NCBI GenBank assembly: GCA_001508335.1
Contig: LGFX01000004.1
Coordinates: 1,646-65,645, forward strand
Direction of reading: 5' to 3'
Origin: a candidate division TA06 bacterium 32_111
GTDB lineage: Bacteria; Hydrothermota; 32-111
DNA: 64,000 bases
Below are positions 17,455 to 28,089 of this stretch, one piece after another. Positions within the stretch are counted from its first letter, which is position 1, and every line of letters begins with the position of its first letter. The translations under genes and the position numbers were made by a program. The notes beneath the pieces were generated by a model. That model was not told the origin of the DNA. It worked only from the letters and a program-made list of their open reading frames with translations, and searched no databases.

Positions 17455-19455
17455 CTAAAATGTCACACTGTCAAGCACCGTCCCCAATTTTAAGAGGGGA
17501 TGGGGGAGTTTTTCGGTGCTGAGTTTTATGAAGTATAAACCGGTTTTATGTTGAGAAAGATCAACTGTTGCTGTTTTATCTTTTGAAGTTAGCGAAAGAA
17601 CCCGTCTTCCTGAAATATCAAAAACCTCTACAGTAAAATCCTGATCAGATTTTATCTGGAAAATGTTTCTACATATTTTGGGTATGTTGTTATTAACTTT
17701 GATTTCAAATACATCGAAAGTTTTTAAAAAGAGTGTAATATTCTTATCATCCATCAACTCTACAGTATACCTTCCATTAACCTTATTCAAAGAGAATTCA
17801 AAATCTTTTCCAGAAACAGTTTGATGCAGTAAATCTTTACCATCCAATTTAATTCTTACATGCCCATTAAAATATCTATCTACAAAAATATTCACAACAA
17901 TTCTGTCTTTTTCAATTTTATAGTTACACTCGAAATCGTAATTTTCCGTTGAAGTGTAGAGAGGATCAAAGTTAAGGTCATAGTTGAAAATATCCTGTAA
18001 AGTTATCTTAATTATAGAATCTGTTGGATAACCTGCTTTCAACTGTACATTAGTATTCTGAAAAGGAAAAGTTAAAAATACCGTTTTAAATGAACCGTTA
18101 CTTGTATATGTTCCACAAAGGTGATTCGGCCTTCCAGAAGCGATAAATGCTGTATCTGTTATCACCTGGTCGTATATAGTTATTTCATCTGGTTCATAGT
18201 TTGTTGAAGGTTTTATAACCGTGAAAGAATCGGTTATTGGATTTGTTTCCCAAAAAGATTTTCCATAGATTGTATTTGTCCCAAAAGAGTCAGATACAAG
18301 ATTTATCCCTAAATATTTTCTCAGGAAAAGATTGTTTGAACCGAACTGTTCAGCAACATTCATTGAAGAGAAGAAAAGATTTCCACCGAAATCAAGGTAT
18401 GTGGATATATTTACAGTATCAGTTAAAGTTAGAGGGTAATCAACACTATCCGAATACCAGAAAACTGAATTGTATCTTGCTAATGTAGTGTATGAGGGTC
18501 CAGAAGATGTTCTTGTAAATACTGTATCAAAATCTACAGATCTACTAAAAACTCTATAAACAGAAGTTGCAATTGTATCAGATTTATCATCAACAACAAG
18601 AAGTGTTTGGGCTAAACCAAAAAATCTTAAGATATCCCTTAGATAACTTGTTCTCATTAAAATATTTTTTGTGCTATCAGGCAACTGTCTTGCAAGTCTT
18701 CCATCTCCATTTGAAAAAGCTCCCAAATCAACAGTTTGAACAAAAACTCTTCCTCTAAAATAATAATATTTTCCATCTTTTGACTCTGGAGGAGTATATG
18801 CTGTTGCAGTTGATCTATAGAGTTTATTCCTCTCATCATAATTTAAAACATTGTAATAGTATGGTGCATCTATTGTTGGGTCTTTTGTGTAAAGATAATC
18901 TACTCCAGAATCCGCAACTGTATGTGTTGGATAAGCGAAAATATAATCTCTACAAAATGAAGTGTTAGTTATAAGAGTATCTATAAATCTTGAATATGGT
19001 GTTGAAACTATGGTATCGTTAAAATATTTTCCGTAAAAAACTGGATAATTTATTTTTAAATACTCCATCACATTGTTTCCTTCAAAATAGACACATCCAC
19101 CTGCATCAAGATATCTTGAAAGTGAATCTATCTGCGAAGAAGTAAACATCTGGTTTCTTGCTGCTATAGGATGGTGTCCTGTTACTATAAATATTGCAGC
19201 ATAATCGTTTAACATTGAAAATCTTCGAGGTAGAGTATCTCCATAGAAAAGATTTGTTCCCTGATTGAATCCAAGTTTACTAAAAGATTTTAAAAGATTG
19301 TATTCGTAACCTATCAGTTGTGTAGAGTTATCAGGGTTATAAAATATTGCTCCATAATCATTGTCCCAAACATACACTTTTAAACCATCAAAATTCTGAG
19401 AGATTATAAAAAGAGGTAAAATTAAAATAAAAAAAATGAAGATTTTTTTAATCAT
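17455..19455 (-). CDS. Secreted protein with a probable T9SS (Por) C-terminal sorting domain
   Basis: It has an N-terminal signal peptide (MIKKIFIFFILILPLFIISQ). The C-terminus reads FTVEVFDISGRRVLSLTS...LSQHKTGLYFIKL, which resembles the T9SS type A CTD. Confidence 0.55.
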   Translation of the reverse strand: MIKKIFIFFILILPLFIISQNFDGLKVYVWDNDYGAIFYNPDNSTQLIGYEYNLLKSFSKLGFNQGTNLFYGDTLPRRFSMLNDYAAIFIVTGHHPIAARNQMFTSSQIDSLSRYLDAGGCVYFEGNNVMEYLKINYPVFYGKYFNDTIVSTPYSRFIDTLITNTSFCRDYIFAYPTHTVADSGVDYLYTKDPTIDAPYYYNVLNYDERNKLYRSTATAYTPPESKDGKYYYFRGRVFVQTVDLGAFSNGDGRLARQLPDSTKNILMRTSYLRDILRFFGLAQTLLVVDDKSDTIATSVYRVFSRSVDFDTVFTRTSSGPSYTTLARYNSVFWYSDSVDYPLTLTDTVNISTYLDFGGNLFFSSMNVAEQFGSNNLFLRKYLGINLVSDSFGTNTIYGKSFWETNPITDSFTVIKPSTNYEPDEITIYDQVITDTAFIASGRPNHLCGTYTSNGSFKTVFLTFPFQNTNVQLKAGYPTDSIIKITLQDIFNYDLNFDPLYTSTENYDFECNYKIEKDRIVVNIFVDRYFNGHVRIKLDGKDLLHQTVSGKDFEFSLNKVNGRYTVELMDDKNITLFLKTFDVFEIKVNNNIPKICRNIFQIKSDQDFTVEVFDISGRRVLSLTSKDKTATVDLSQHKTGLYFIKLSTEKLPHPLLKLGTVLDSVTF

Positions 19456-19630
19456 AAACTCTCCCTTTACAATTATATTTAAATATAATTGTTTTGTTTT
19501 GTCAAGATCTAGGAGATTAAAACTATTTAAATTACTAAGTTAAGATCGTTTGAACGGTTTTCTTCTCTGATTTTCATATTGATTTTAGGTTAAATTTATG
19601 ATAAACTAAAAAACTAAAAAATTTAAAGAG

Positions 19631-20344
19631 GTGTTTATGAAAAATGTTAAAGACCTTGTAAAAGATGGGAAGGAGATGCTCGAAAAGGGAGAATACAAGA
19701 AGGCTCTTTTCACATTTCTCAACCTTTTGAAAGAACACCCTGATTGGCCAGATATAAGGAACTATCTTGGTCTTGCTTACAATTTTTTGAATAATCTTGA
19801 AGAAGCTGAAAAGGAATTCAAAGAGGCGATAAAACTTAATCCAAATTATGTTGAGGCGCATCTAAACCTTGCTTTAACATACAACGAGATGGGAAAATAT
19901 GATCAGGCGAGTGAGGAATTTGAAAAAGCCTCAAAACTTGAAAAAAAATTGGGAAACTCGGGATTTGGCAAAAAGGACAAAATCATAAAACTTCTTTTAC
20001 AACTTGGGGATCTCTATCTTGAAACAAAAGATTTTCACAACGCTCTGGAAACGTATAAAAAAGCTGATAGCATGACAAAAAAATATCCAGATATAAAACT
20101 GAAGATTGGAAAAGTTTATTTTGAAATGAAAAAATATTCAAACGCTTTGATATATTTTAAAAAGAGTATTGAACTAAATAAAAATATGGAAGAATCATAC
20201 TTTTTTGCAGGTCTCTCATATTATAACCAAAAAAAATTTGATGACGCTGAGAAGATGTGGGAACAACTTTTAAAAAAGTTTCCCCAAAATAAAAAAGTTT
20301 TACCTTACTTAAAGGTTTTAAAAGATAAAAAGGAGTCAAAATGA
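19631..20344 (+). CDS. Tetratricopeptide-repeat protein
   Basis: Repeated TPR signatures (ALFTFLNLLKEHPDWPDIRNYLGLAY, EAIKLNPNYVEAHLNLALTY and others). The start could be the ATG at 19637. Confidence 0.75.
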   Translation: MFMKNVKDLVKDGKEMLEKGEYKKALFTFLNLLKEHPDWPDIRNYLGLAYNFLNNLEEAEKEFKEAIKLNPNYVEAHLNLALTYNEMGKYDQASEEFEKASKLEKKLGNSGFGKKDKIIKLLLQLGDLYLETKDFHNALETYKKADSMTKKYPDIKLKIGKVYFEMKKYSNALIYFKKSIELNKNMEESYFFAGLSYYNQKKFDDAEKMWEQLLKKFPQNKKVLPYLKVLKDKKESK

Positions 20345-20967
20345 CAGTTCACGAAATAAAACATCCACTTGCACTTGAAAAACTTGCAATTTTGAGAGAT
20401 AAAAAAACAGGTTCGGATATATTTTCAAAAAATCTTGAAGAACTCTCTTTAATCCTTTTCTTAGAAGCGACTAAAAATCTAACGACCAAAAAACTAAAAG
20501 TTGAAACTCCTTTCAAAGAGATAGAAGGAGATTTTATAAAGAAAGAGATTCTACTTGTTCCAATTTTAAGGGCTGGAATAGGAATGATACCACTTATAAG
20601 AAAATTTTATCCTAAAACGCATGTTGGAATGATAGGTTTAAAAAGGGATGAGCATATATTAAAACCGATAACCTACTATGTTAACCTTCCCAAAAATTTA
20701 GAGAATTACTCTGTATTCATACTTGATCCTATGCTTGCAACAGGTGGTTCAATTATAAAGACATTAGAGATACTTGCAGGTTATAATGTTAAACCTGATG
20801 CTGTGATAAGTATAATTTCTGCACCTGAAGGTATAAAATCTGTTATGGAATCTGTGAAGAATATTGATATCTTTACTGTTGCGGTTGATGAGAAACTCAA
20901 CGAAAATGGATACATAGTTCCAGGACTCGGTGATGCAGGTGATAGATTTTTCAATACGGAGGAGTAA
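20341..20967 (+). CDS. upp: Uracil phosphoribosyltransferase
   Basis: A 208-aa protein. It has the PRPP-binding loop ILDPMLATGGS and the C-terminal motif YIVPGLGDAGDRFFNT. Confidence 0.9.
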   Translation: MTVHEIKHPLALEKLAILRDKKTGSDIFSKNLEELSLILFLEATKNLTTKKLKVETPFKEIEGDFIKKEILLVPILRAGIGMIPLIRKFYPKTHVGMIGLKRDEHILKPITYYVNLPKNLENYSVFILDPMLATGGSIIKTLEILAGYNVKPDAVISIISAPEGIKSVMESVKNIDIFTVAVDEKLNENGYIVPGLGDAGDRFFNTEE

Positions 20968-23720
20968 TGGATTACAAGGATAGTTTGAATCTGCCAAAAA
21001 CTGATTTCCCGATGAAAGCAAATCTTCCAGTTTTAGAGGAAGAAATTATAAAATATTGGGACTCTATAGATGTTTACAAAAATCTTTTAAAAGAGAGAGA
21101 AGATAAGGAAGTTTACGTTTTACACGATGGTCCACCTTACGCTAATGGACACATTCATATAGGTACAGCGTTTAACAAGATACTGAAAGATTTTATAATA
21201 AAGTATAAATCGATTAGAGGATATAAAACTCCCTACATTCCAGGTTGGGATTGTCATGGTATGCCTATTGAACACAATGTTACAAAAGAACTTGGACCAA
21301 AACTGAAAGAGACATCAACTTTAGATTTAAGAAAAAAATGTAGAGATTACGCTTCAAAATTTGTGAATGTCCAAAAGGTTGAATTCAAAAGATTGGGAGT
21401 TTTCGGTGATTGGGATAACCCTTACATAACTATGTCGAAAGAGTATGAAGCTGATATAGTAGACAATTTTGGAAAACTTGTTGAAAAGGGTTTCATTTAT
21501 AGAGGTTTGAGGCCTATTCATTGGTGTATGAAATGTCAAACAGCGCTGGCTGGAAATGAGATAGAGTATGAGGATAAAGAATCACCATCCATTTTTGTGA
21601 AGTTCAAAATTGAAAATGAGGATAAATTTTTCCTGATCTGGACAACAACTCCATGGACTCTTCCCGCAAATGTCGCTATAGCATTCCATCCTGATGAAAA
21701 ATATGTTGAGGTTGAAACATCTTATGGAAGACTTGTGATGATGAAAAAACTTTCAGAATCTGTGAAATCTAAATTGAATGATGAAAAATTCAAAATAGTT
21801 GAAGAAACGGATGCGAAAAAATACCTTGATAAAAAGTATATTCATCCAATAGATAAAAGAAAAAGGGGAAAAGTTATAACTGCAGATTTTGTTACAACCG
21901 ATGTTGGAACTGGAATTGTCCATATAGCACCCGGACATGGTTACGATGATTATCAGGCTGGAATAAAGAATGATCTTGAAATTGTTTGTCCTGTAAACAA
22001 GGAAGGGAAATTTTTTGATGAGGTTGAAAAGTATGGTGGGATGAATGTGTTTGAGGCAAACCCAGTTATAATAGATGATCTTAAAAAGGAAGGTTCTTTA
22101 ATTTTTTCAGAAAGTATTATTCACTCTTATCCAGTTTGCTGGAGATGCAAAAGTGAACTTATTTTTAGGGCTACAGAACAATGGTTTTTGGATGTTGAAA
22201 AAAACAACTTGAGAAACAACCTCCTTTTGGAGATAGACAAGACAACATGGATACCTGTATGGTCAAAGGATAGAATTTACAACATGGTTAAAACAAGACC
22301 TGACTGGTGTCTTTCAAGACAGAGAAGTTGGGGTGTTCCAATACCTGTATTCTACTGTAAAAAATGTTCCACACCACATATAAAAAAGGAAACTATAGAT
22401 AAAATAAGGGATGTTATTTCCAATGAAGGTTCAGATGTTTGGTTTGAAAAGGATGTTTCATATTTTGTGAAGGATTTGAAATGTGAAAAATGTGGTTCAA
22501 CAGAATTTGAAAAGGAAACTAACATTTTCGATGTCTGGTTCGATTCTTCTTTAAGTCATTCTGCTGTGGTTAAAAAAAGAGAAGAGTTGCGCTGGCCTTC
22601 AGATCTCTATCTTGAGGCTGTTGATCAGCATAGGGGATGGTTTCAGGTCTCTTTGATAGTTTCAACAGCAACAGATGGAAGAGCACCTTACAAAGAGGTT
22701 CTGACACATGGCTTGATACTTGATAAGAATATGAAAAAGATGTCAAAATCACTTGGAAACGTCTTCTCACCCGAAACTATATGTAAAAAGTATGGTGCCG
22801 AAATAATAAGGTTGTGGTTTTCCTCCGTTGATTACACCTCTGATGCTCCATTCGGAGAAGAACTCCTTTCAAGTTCAAAAGAGACATATTTCAAAATAAG
22901 GAATACAATAAGATTCATGCTTGGAAATCTCGGTAAAAGCCAACCTGAAGATTTCAACCTAACCAAGGAAGAACTACATCCGATAGATAGATATATCCTT
23001 GCTAAGTATGTTAAGATCAGAAGAAGAATAATAAAATACTATGATGATTTTGAGTTCCATAAAGTTTTTAAAGAATTCTATGCTTTTATAGTGACGGACT
23101 TATCATCATTCTATCTCGATATTGTAAAAGACAGGTTGTACACATACCCAAAAAATTCAAAGGAGAGAAAGTCTGGACTTTTTACACTTTACAATCTACT
23201 TGATGATATGCTCAAACTAATAGCACCGATAATACCTTTCACCGTTGAACAGGCATACAAATTTTTCAACAAAAAATCTAAAAAAGAATCCATCCATTTT
23301 GAAATACTTTCAGATGAAATATATAAGTTTGAAGATGAAAATATTCTGAAAGATTTTGAAGTTTTGAATCTTTTAAGGGAAAAAGTTTTATCACAACTTG
23401 AAAACCTGAGAAGCAAAAACATTATTGGAAAATCAATTGAAGCAAACCTTCTAATAAATTGGCTAAACGATGATAGTAAAAAACTTCTTGAAAAGTATAA
23501 GGAAGTTCTGGATCAACTTTTTATAGTTTCTAACGTAAAGTTTCTTGATAACGATGGTGAACTTCTTGAAAATGGAGAAAACAAATTCGTTTTAAAATGT
23601 GAAAAGGCTGAAGAGAAAAAATGTTCGAGATGCTGGTTGCATCTTGAAAGTGTTGGAAACCATTCGGATTATCCAGATCTTTGTGATAAGTGCTATGAAG
23701 CTATTAAAATGGAGGAATAG
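20967..23720 (+). CDS. ileS: Isoleucine--tRNA ligase (type 1)
   Basis: HIGH-type motif PPYANGHIHIGTA, KMSKS motif, CP1 editing region and a C-terminal Cys4 zinc motif (CSRCW...CDKC). Confidence 0.95.
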   Translation: MDYKDSLNLPKTDFPMKANLPVLEEEIIKYWDSIDVYKNLLKEREDKEVYVLHDGPPYANGHIHIGTAFNKILKDFIIKYKSIRGYKTPYIPGWDCHGMPIEHNVTKELGPKLKETSTLDLRKKCRDYASKFVNVQKVEFKRLGVFGDWDNPYITMSKEYEADIVDNFGKLVEKGFIYRGLRPIHWCMKCQTALAGNEIEYEDKESPSIFVKFKIENEDKFFLIWTTTPWTLPANVAIAFHPDEKYVEVETSYGRLVMMKKLSESVKSKLNDEKFKIVEETDAKKYLDKKYIHPIDKRKRGKVITADFVTTDVGTGIVHIAPGHGYDDYQAGIKNDLEIVCPVNKEGKFFDEVEKYGGMNVFEANPVIIDDLKKEGSLIFSESIIHSYPVCWRCKSELIFRATEQWFLDVEKNNLRNNLLLEIDKTTWIPVWSKDRIYNMVKTRPDWCLSRQRSWGVPIPVFYCKKCSTPHIKKETIDKIRDVISNEGSDVWFEKDVSYFVKDLKCEKCGSTEFEKETNIFDVWFDSSLSHSAVVKKREELRWPSDLYLEAVDQHRGWFQVSLIVSTATDGRAPYKEVLTHGLILDKNMKKMSKSLGNVFSPETICKKYGAEIIRLWFSSVDYTSDAPFGEELLSSSKETYFKIRNTIRFMLGNLGKSQPEDFNLTKEELHPIDRYILAKYVKIRRRIIKYYDDFEFHKVFKEFYAFIVTDLSSFYLDIVKDRLYTYPKNSKERKSGLFTLYNLLDDMLKLIAPIIPFTVEQAYKFFNKKSKKESIHFEILSDEIYKFEDENILKDFEVLNLLREKVLSQLENLRSKNIIGKSIEANLLINWLNDDSKKLLEKYKEVLDQLFIVSNVKFLDNDGELLENGENKFVLKCEKAEEKKCSRCWLHLESVGNHSDYPDLCDKCYEAIKMEE

Positions 23721-23721
23721 T

Positions 23722-24081
23722 ATGGATAAAAAGACGAAAAAGAGTATTGAACAGCAACTTATCAAATTGAAACAGGAAAAACAAAAAATATTGAAAGAGT
23801 ATCAGGAAAGGTTGAATTCGAACGATTACATCTCTTCTGAGGCATCAACATATCCTTACCATTCCGCCGACATTGGAACGGATGCAGCTTCTCTTGAAAC
23901 GAATTCGATAAATTTGAATGATCTTTTAAAAGAGATAAGGGAGATAGATGATGCGATTTCGAGATTGGAGAATGGGACTTATGGTATCTGTGAGATATGT
24001 GGAGAAGAGATATCGATGAAAAGGTTGAAAGCGCTTCCATTCACAAAACTCTGTTTAAAATGTTCTGAAAAGGCAAAATGA
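23722..24081 (+). CDS. DksA/TraR-family C4 zinc-finger protein
   Basis: Coiled-coil N-terminus and a CEICGEEIS...CLKC zinc finger. I prefer the ATG at 23722 (RBS GGAGGA upstream). The track ORF start at 23599 lies inside ileS. Confidence 0.75.
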   Translation: MDKKTKKSIEQQLIKLKQEKQKILKEYQERLNSNDYISSEASTYPYHSADIGTDAASLETNSINLNDLLKEIREIDDAISRLENGTYGICEICGEEISMKRLKALPFTKLCLKCSEKAK

Positions 24082-24578
24082 TGGAAAAGTTTGGAATAGT
24101 TGATTTTAAAAGAAAATTAAAGTTAGGTTTACCTGTTATTTTTCTTGTAATGTTTTTGGATAGGTTGACCAAAATACTTGTTGTTAATAACATGGAACTT
24201 GGAGAAACAATTTCGGTATGGGGATGGTTTTTCAAATTGACCTATGTTTTAAATCCTAATGTTGCTTTCTCTATAAGAATAGGCAACTCAACCACAATGC
24301 TTTTACTCAATATTTTAGCGATTTTTATCCTTCTTATATACTTTCTTAAAACAAAATTCAGTTTAGTTAAAATTATAGCACTATCGATGATAGTAGGTGG
24401 TGCATTTGGAAACAACTACGATAGAATCAAATCAGGTGTTGTTATAGATTTTTTGAATTTTGGAACAAGAGGATGGAGATTCGCCATATTCAATATCGCT
24501 GACGCATCTATTTCTGTAGGTATAGTTATTCTTTTAATCTCTATTATCTTTTTTGAAAGGGATGAAAATCAGATTTAA
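24078..24578 (+). CDS. lspA: Lipoprotein signal peptidase (signal peptidase II)
   Basis: It has four TM segments and contains NPNVAFSI, FGNNYDR and FNIADASISVG. The ileS-(dksA-like)-lspA linkage is conserved in many bacteria. Confidence 0.9.
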   Translation: MMEKFGIVDFKRKLKLGLPVIFLVMFLDRLTKILVVNNMELGETISVWGWFFKLTYVLNPNVAFSIRIGNSTTMLLLNILAIFILLIYFLKTKFSLVKIIALSMIVGGAFGNNYDRIKSGVVIDFLNFGTRGWRFAIFNIADASISVGIVILLISIIFFERDENQI

Positions 24579-26580
24579 AATATTTTTACCCTTTCTTTTT
24601 TTCTTTCTATTCGCAAATTCCAAAGAGGAAAAAGTAAACTTTAATGCTGATTGTGTTATATACAACAACCAAAACAAAAGTGTTATCCTGATAAGAAATT
24701 CAATAATAGAAACGGACTCTTTAAAAATTTCTGCAGATTCCTTTCTGGTTTTCCCGGATTCATCAAAACTTTTTGCATTCAAAAATGTAAGTATGGAGTT
24801 TAACGATTTTAAAATTGATGCTGATTCAATAGATTTTAACTATAAAAAAAGGAATGGTTTCGTTTACAAAGGAACAACGCAAATTCAAAAAGTTCAACTT
24901 AAAGGTGATATTATATATGTAAAAAATGAGAACGAATTTGAGATAGAAAGATCTTTATTTACAACTTGTAAAAAAGATGAACCTGACTACTGGTTCTATT
25001 CATACAAAACTTTTCTATACAAAGAAGATAGAGCGATGGTATTTCCAATAGTTCTTTTCGTTAAAGATGTGCCTATAGCAGGGATCCCTTTTTTCGTCAT
25101 TCCGATTGCAACAACAAGAAAAAGCGGATTTTTAATGCCTAAACCTGGTTACACATCACTTGATGGATTCTATGTGAAACAGTTATCATATTTTTGGGCA
25201 ACAAACGATTACTCTGATATGACATTCAATTTGGATTACATCCAAAAGAGAGGTTATCTTTTGGGTTATGAGTTGAGAGTCCTTTTTAATCCAATACTTT
25301 CCTTGAATTTAACCAGCAATCTCATATTAGAAAAAAATTCTAAAAGAAGATGGAACATTTCTGGTGATTACTCTCATAAACTTTTTTATGATATAATCCT
25401 TAAAAGCAAAATTGATTTTGAATCCGACTTTTCAACATACACTGATTATTCTGATACACTTATTTTGGATCTTAAAAGGGAAGCCTACTCTTTTATCTCT
25501 TTACAAAAAAGTTTCAACTTCTACACCTCTTTCGTTAGTTTTGATAGAAGGGAAAATTTTTATACAGGACAGACAAGCATGAACCTTCCAGTTTACAGTG
25601 GTTATTTCAAAAAAGTTAATTTTTTAAAGTTGGGATATGTCATTCCAAATGGAATAAACTATCAGAACTCTCACTCAATAAGTCAGAATATTTTGAGAGA
25701 CACAATTTTTGAAAGAAGGAATTTGAATATAAGGATAAACAACAATTTCGATACTTTCTACAAAATACTTTATTATTTTAACTTTTTACCAAACTATAAA
25801 CTTTCCTTCAATTCTGATTCTTTTCTTGTTCAAAATCTTGTTGAAGGAAAATACTCTTTGAAACTGAACACTCAGATTTATGGAATATCTATGTTTTCAA
25901 TAAAACCATTTGAAAAGTTTAGACACACATTTATTCCAGAAATAAGTCTGAATGGTGGGAATAAAATTTTCTTTAAAGGTAAAGAGTCTCTGGACAGTTT
26001 AACTGATGAAAGAAGTTTATCCTTTTCCTTCTCGAATATCTTTGAAGGGAAAAGTGTGAATGAAAAAATTTTGCTTTTGAGAAACAATGTAAATCTTTTT
26101 TATAACCTTAAAACAGATTCTTTTTCTAACATTAACATTTCGAATATTTTTTTGCCTGAAAAAAGCGTAAATTTGCAAATGAATCACTCCTACGATCTTT
26201 ATGAAAAAAAATTCTCTGAAAATTACATTCTAACTTTTTCACAGGAGATATTTAATCCCTTCAACGATTTTAAGAAAGCGAATATTTTTTTGAGTTATTC
26301 TTTACAAAAGAATGATACAATAATTTCAAACTATTTAAATGGAAGGTTGAACATTGATGTTGGAGAAAATTTGAACGCAGTTTTTTCGACTCTATACGAT
26401 TTTAAAAGTAAAAATTTTGTATCGTTTAGTGCATCCTTGAACCGCTCACTTCACTGTTGGCAAGCGAGATTTACGATTTCTTCGTATGCTAATGTTTTCA
26501 AATACGATTTTCAAATTTCTATAAAGGATATTCCCGAGATATCCATAAATAAAGGAATCTTTGGACCTCTCCTTCCATAA
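24553..26580 (+). CDS. LptD/OstA-like outer-membrane LPS-assembly protein
   Basis: Signal peptide and an OstA-like N-terminal domain. Contains PFFVIPIATTRKSGFLMPKPGYTSLDGFYVKQLSYFWA, typical of the LptD barrel. The start is TTG at 24553 or ATG at 24562. Confidence 0.7.
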   Translation: MKGMKIRFKIFLPFLFFFLFANSKEEKVNFNADCVIYNNQNKSVILIRNSIIETDSLKISADSFLVFPDSSKLFAFKNVSMEFNDFKIDADSIDFNYKKRNGFVYKGTTQIQKVQLKGDIIYVKNENEFEIERSLFTTCKKDEPDYWFYSYKTFLYKEDRAMVFPIVLFVKDVPIAGIPFFVIPIATTRKSGFLMPKPGYTSLDGFYVKQLSYFWATNDYSDMTFNLDYIQKRGYLLGYELRVLFNPILSLNLTSNLILEKNSKRRWNISGDYSHKLFYDIILKSKIDFESDFSTYTDYSDTLILDLKREAYSFISLQKSFNFYTSFVSFDRRENFYTGQTSMNLPVYSGYFKKVNFLKLGYVIPNGINYQNSHSISQNILRDTIFERRNLNIRINNNFDTFYKILYYFNFLPNYKLSFNSDSFLVQNLVEGKYSLKLNTQIYGISMFSIKPFEKFRHTFIPEISLNGGNKIFFKGKESLDSLTDERSLSFSFSNIFEGKSVNEKILLLRNNVNLFYNLKTDSFSNINISNIFLPEKSVNLQMNHSYDLYEKKFSENYILTFSQEIFNPFNDFKKANIFLSYSLQKNDTIISNYLNGRLNIDVGENLNAVFSTLYDFKSKNFVSFSASLNRSLHCWQARFTISSYANVFKYDFQISIKDIPEISINKGIFGPLLP

Positions 26581-26674
26581 CCCTCTATTTAAAAGGTTTT
26601 TTAAAGATTACCCCTTGACAAATGCGATAAAAAGATATAATATAAAGATGTAAACCAAAAAAGGAGGAAAAAGG

Positions 26675-26947
26675 ATGAACAAAAAAGAGATGATTGATGC
26701 AGTAGCAAAGAAAGCTGGAATTTCCAAAAAGGCAGCAAACGAAGCGATCGATGCAATGCTTGAAGGAATCACAACATCTTTGAAGAAGAACAAACCGGTA
26801 ACATTGATCGGATTTGGAACCTTCACAGTTAAAAACAGAAAAGCACGTAAGGGAATCAACCCACAGACAAAAGAAGTAATCAAAATCAAAGCAAAAAAGG
26901 TTCCATATTTTAAAGCGGGTGCAAAACTTAAAAAAGCAGTGAAGTAA
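26675..26947 (+). CDS. hup: HU family DNA-binding protein
   Basis: MNKKEMIDAVAKKAGISKKAANEAIDAM...GFGTFTVKNRKARKGINPQTKE. Confidence 0.95.
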   Translation: MNKKEMIDAVAKKAGISKKAANEAIDAMLEGITTSLKKNKPVTLIGFGTFTVKNRKARKGINPQTKEVIKIKAKKVPYFKAGAKLKKAVK

Positions 26948-26967
26948 AAGGGATTGAACAGAGTTCA

Positions 26968-26995
26968 GGGGGAAGTTCGCTTCCCCCTTTTTTTT
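26968..26995 (+). terminator. Intrinsic terminator after hup
   Basis: GGGGGAAG-TTCG-CTTCCCCC hairpin followed by T8. Confidence 0.85.
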
Positions 26996-27011
26996 ATCTA
27001 TGGAGTAAAAA

Positions 27012-27506
27012 ATGGATAAGGAAAAAGATTTTAGATGTATATCCGATGATGTAAAACTTGGTAAAAATGTTAAGATTTATCAGTTCACAAATCTTTACGG
27101 TTGTACTATTGGTGACAATACAAAGGTTGGGGCTTTTGTTGAAATACAAAAGAATGCTGTAATAGGAAAAAATTGTAAAATATCATCACATTCTTTTATC
27201 TGTGAGGGAGTTGAGATAGAGGATAACGTCTTCATAGGTCATGGTGTTATGTTTATAAATGATAAATATCCCAGGGCAACGAATGCGAAGGGAGAGTTAC
27301 AAACTGAAAGTGATTGGAAGGTTGAAAAGACTCTAATAAAGAAAGGTGCATCTATTGGAACGAACTCAGTTATACTTTCAAATGTAACAGTTGGAGAAAA
27401 CAGTATTATAGGTGCTGGTTCAGTTGTTACAAAGGACATTCCTGCAAATGTAATTGCCGCCGGAAACCCTTGTAGAATTTTAAGAAAAATAGATGAAGAA
27501 AAATAA
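27012..27506 (+). CDS. Left-handed beta-helix (hexapeptide-repeat) sugar N-acetyltransferase
   Basis: Successive hexapeptide repeats (IGDNTKVGAFVEI, IGKNCKISSHSFI, IGENSIIGAGSVV) and a C-terminal AAGNPCRIL motif. Confidence 0.75.
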   Translation: MDKEKDFRCISDDVKLGKNVKIYQFTNLYGCTIGDNTKVGAFVEIQKNAVIGKNCKISSHSFICEGVEIEDNVFIGHGVMFINDKYPRATNAKGELQTESDWKVEKTLIKKGASIGTNSVILSNVTVGENSIIGAGSVVTKDIPANVIAAGNPCRILRKIDEEK

Positions 27507-28089
27507 TATTGAAATAGTCCTTGCTTCGGAATCCAAAAGAAGGATAGAACTTTTAAAATCTCTCGGTGTGCAATTCAAAACCGTTAAACATTCACATTCT
27601 GAAAATCACACTGAAGTTAAAGAACCAACAGATTTTGTTCTTCTCTGCTCTTACGAAAAATCGAAATCGGTTTTAAAGAATGATAACCAACTGATAATAG
27701 GTGCGGATACTATTGTTTATTTAGATGGAAAAATAATCGGCAAACCATCAGATAAAAAGGATGGATGCAGGATGTTGAAGATGCTTTCCGGTAAAAAACA
27801 TTCCGTTTACACTGGGCTAACTCTAATTTATAAGAATAGAATCCTATCCGATTATGCAAAAACCGAAGTATTTTTTAGAAAAATATCGAATAGAGAGTTG
27901 AAATGGTATTTAGATAATGCTTCTTTTCTTGATAAGGCAGGTGGATACGCTGTTCAGGATGAGGCATCGATTTTTATTGAAAAGATTGATGGTGATTTTT
28001 TCAACGTTGTTGGTTTTCCAATTTTTCTTTTCTCAAAGATGTTCAAAAAGATAACAAAAATGGATATCTTTGAATTCATAAGAAAATGA
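27493..28089 (+). CDS. maf: Maf-like nucleoside triphosphate pyrophosphatase
   Basis: LASESKRRIELL, GADTIV, KP and the motif AGGYAVQDEASIFIEKIDGDFFNVVGFP. Confidence 0.9.
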   Translation: MKKNNIEIVLASESKRRIELLKSLGVQFKTVKHSHSENHTEVKEPTDFVLLCSYEKSKSVLKNDNQLIIGADTIVYLDGKIIGKPSDKKDGCRMLKMLSGKKHSVYTGLTLIYKNRILSDYAKTEVFFRKISNRELKWYLDNASFLDKAGGYAVQDEASIFIEKIDGDFFNVVGFPIFLFSKMFKKITKMDIFEFIRK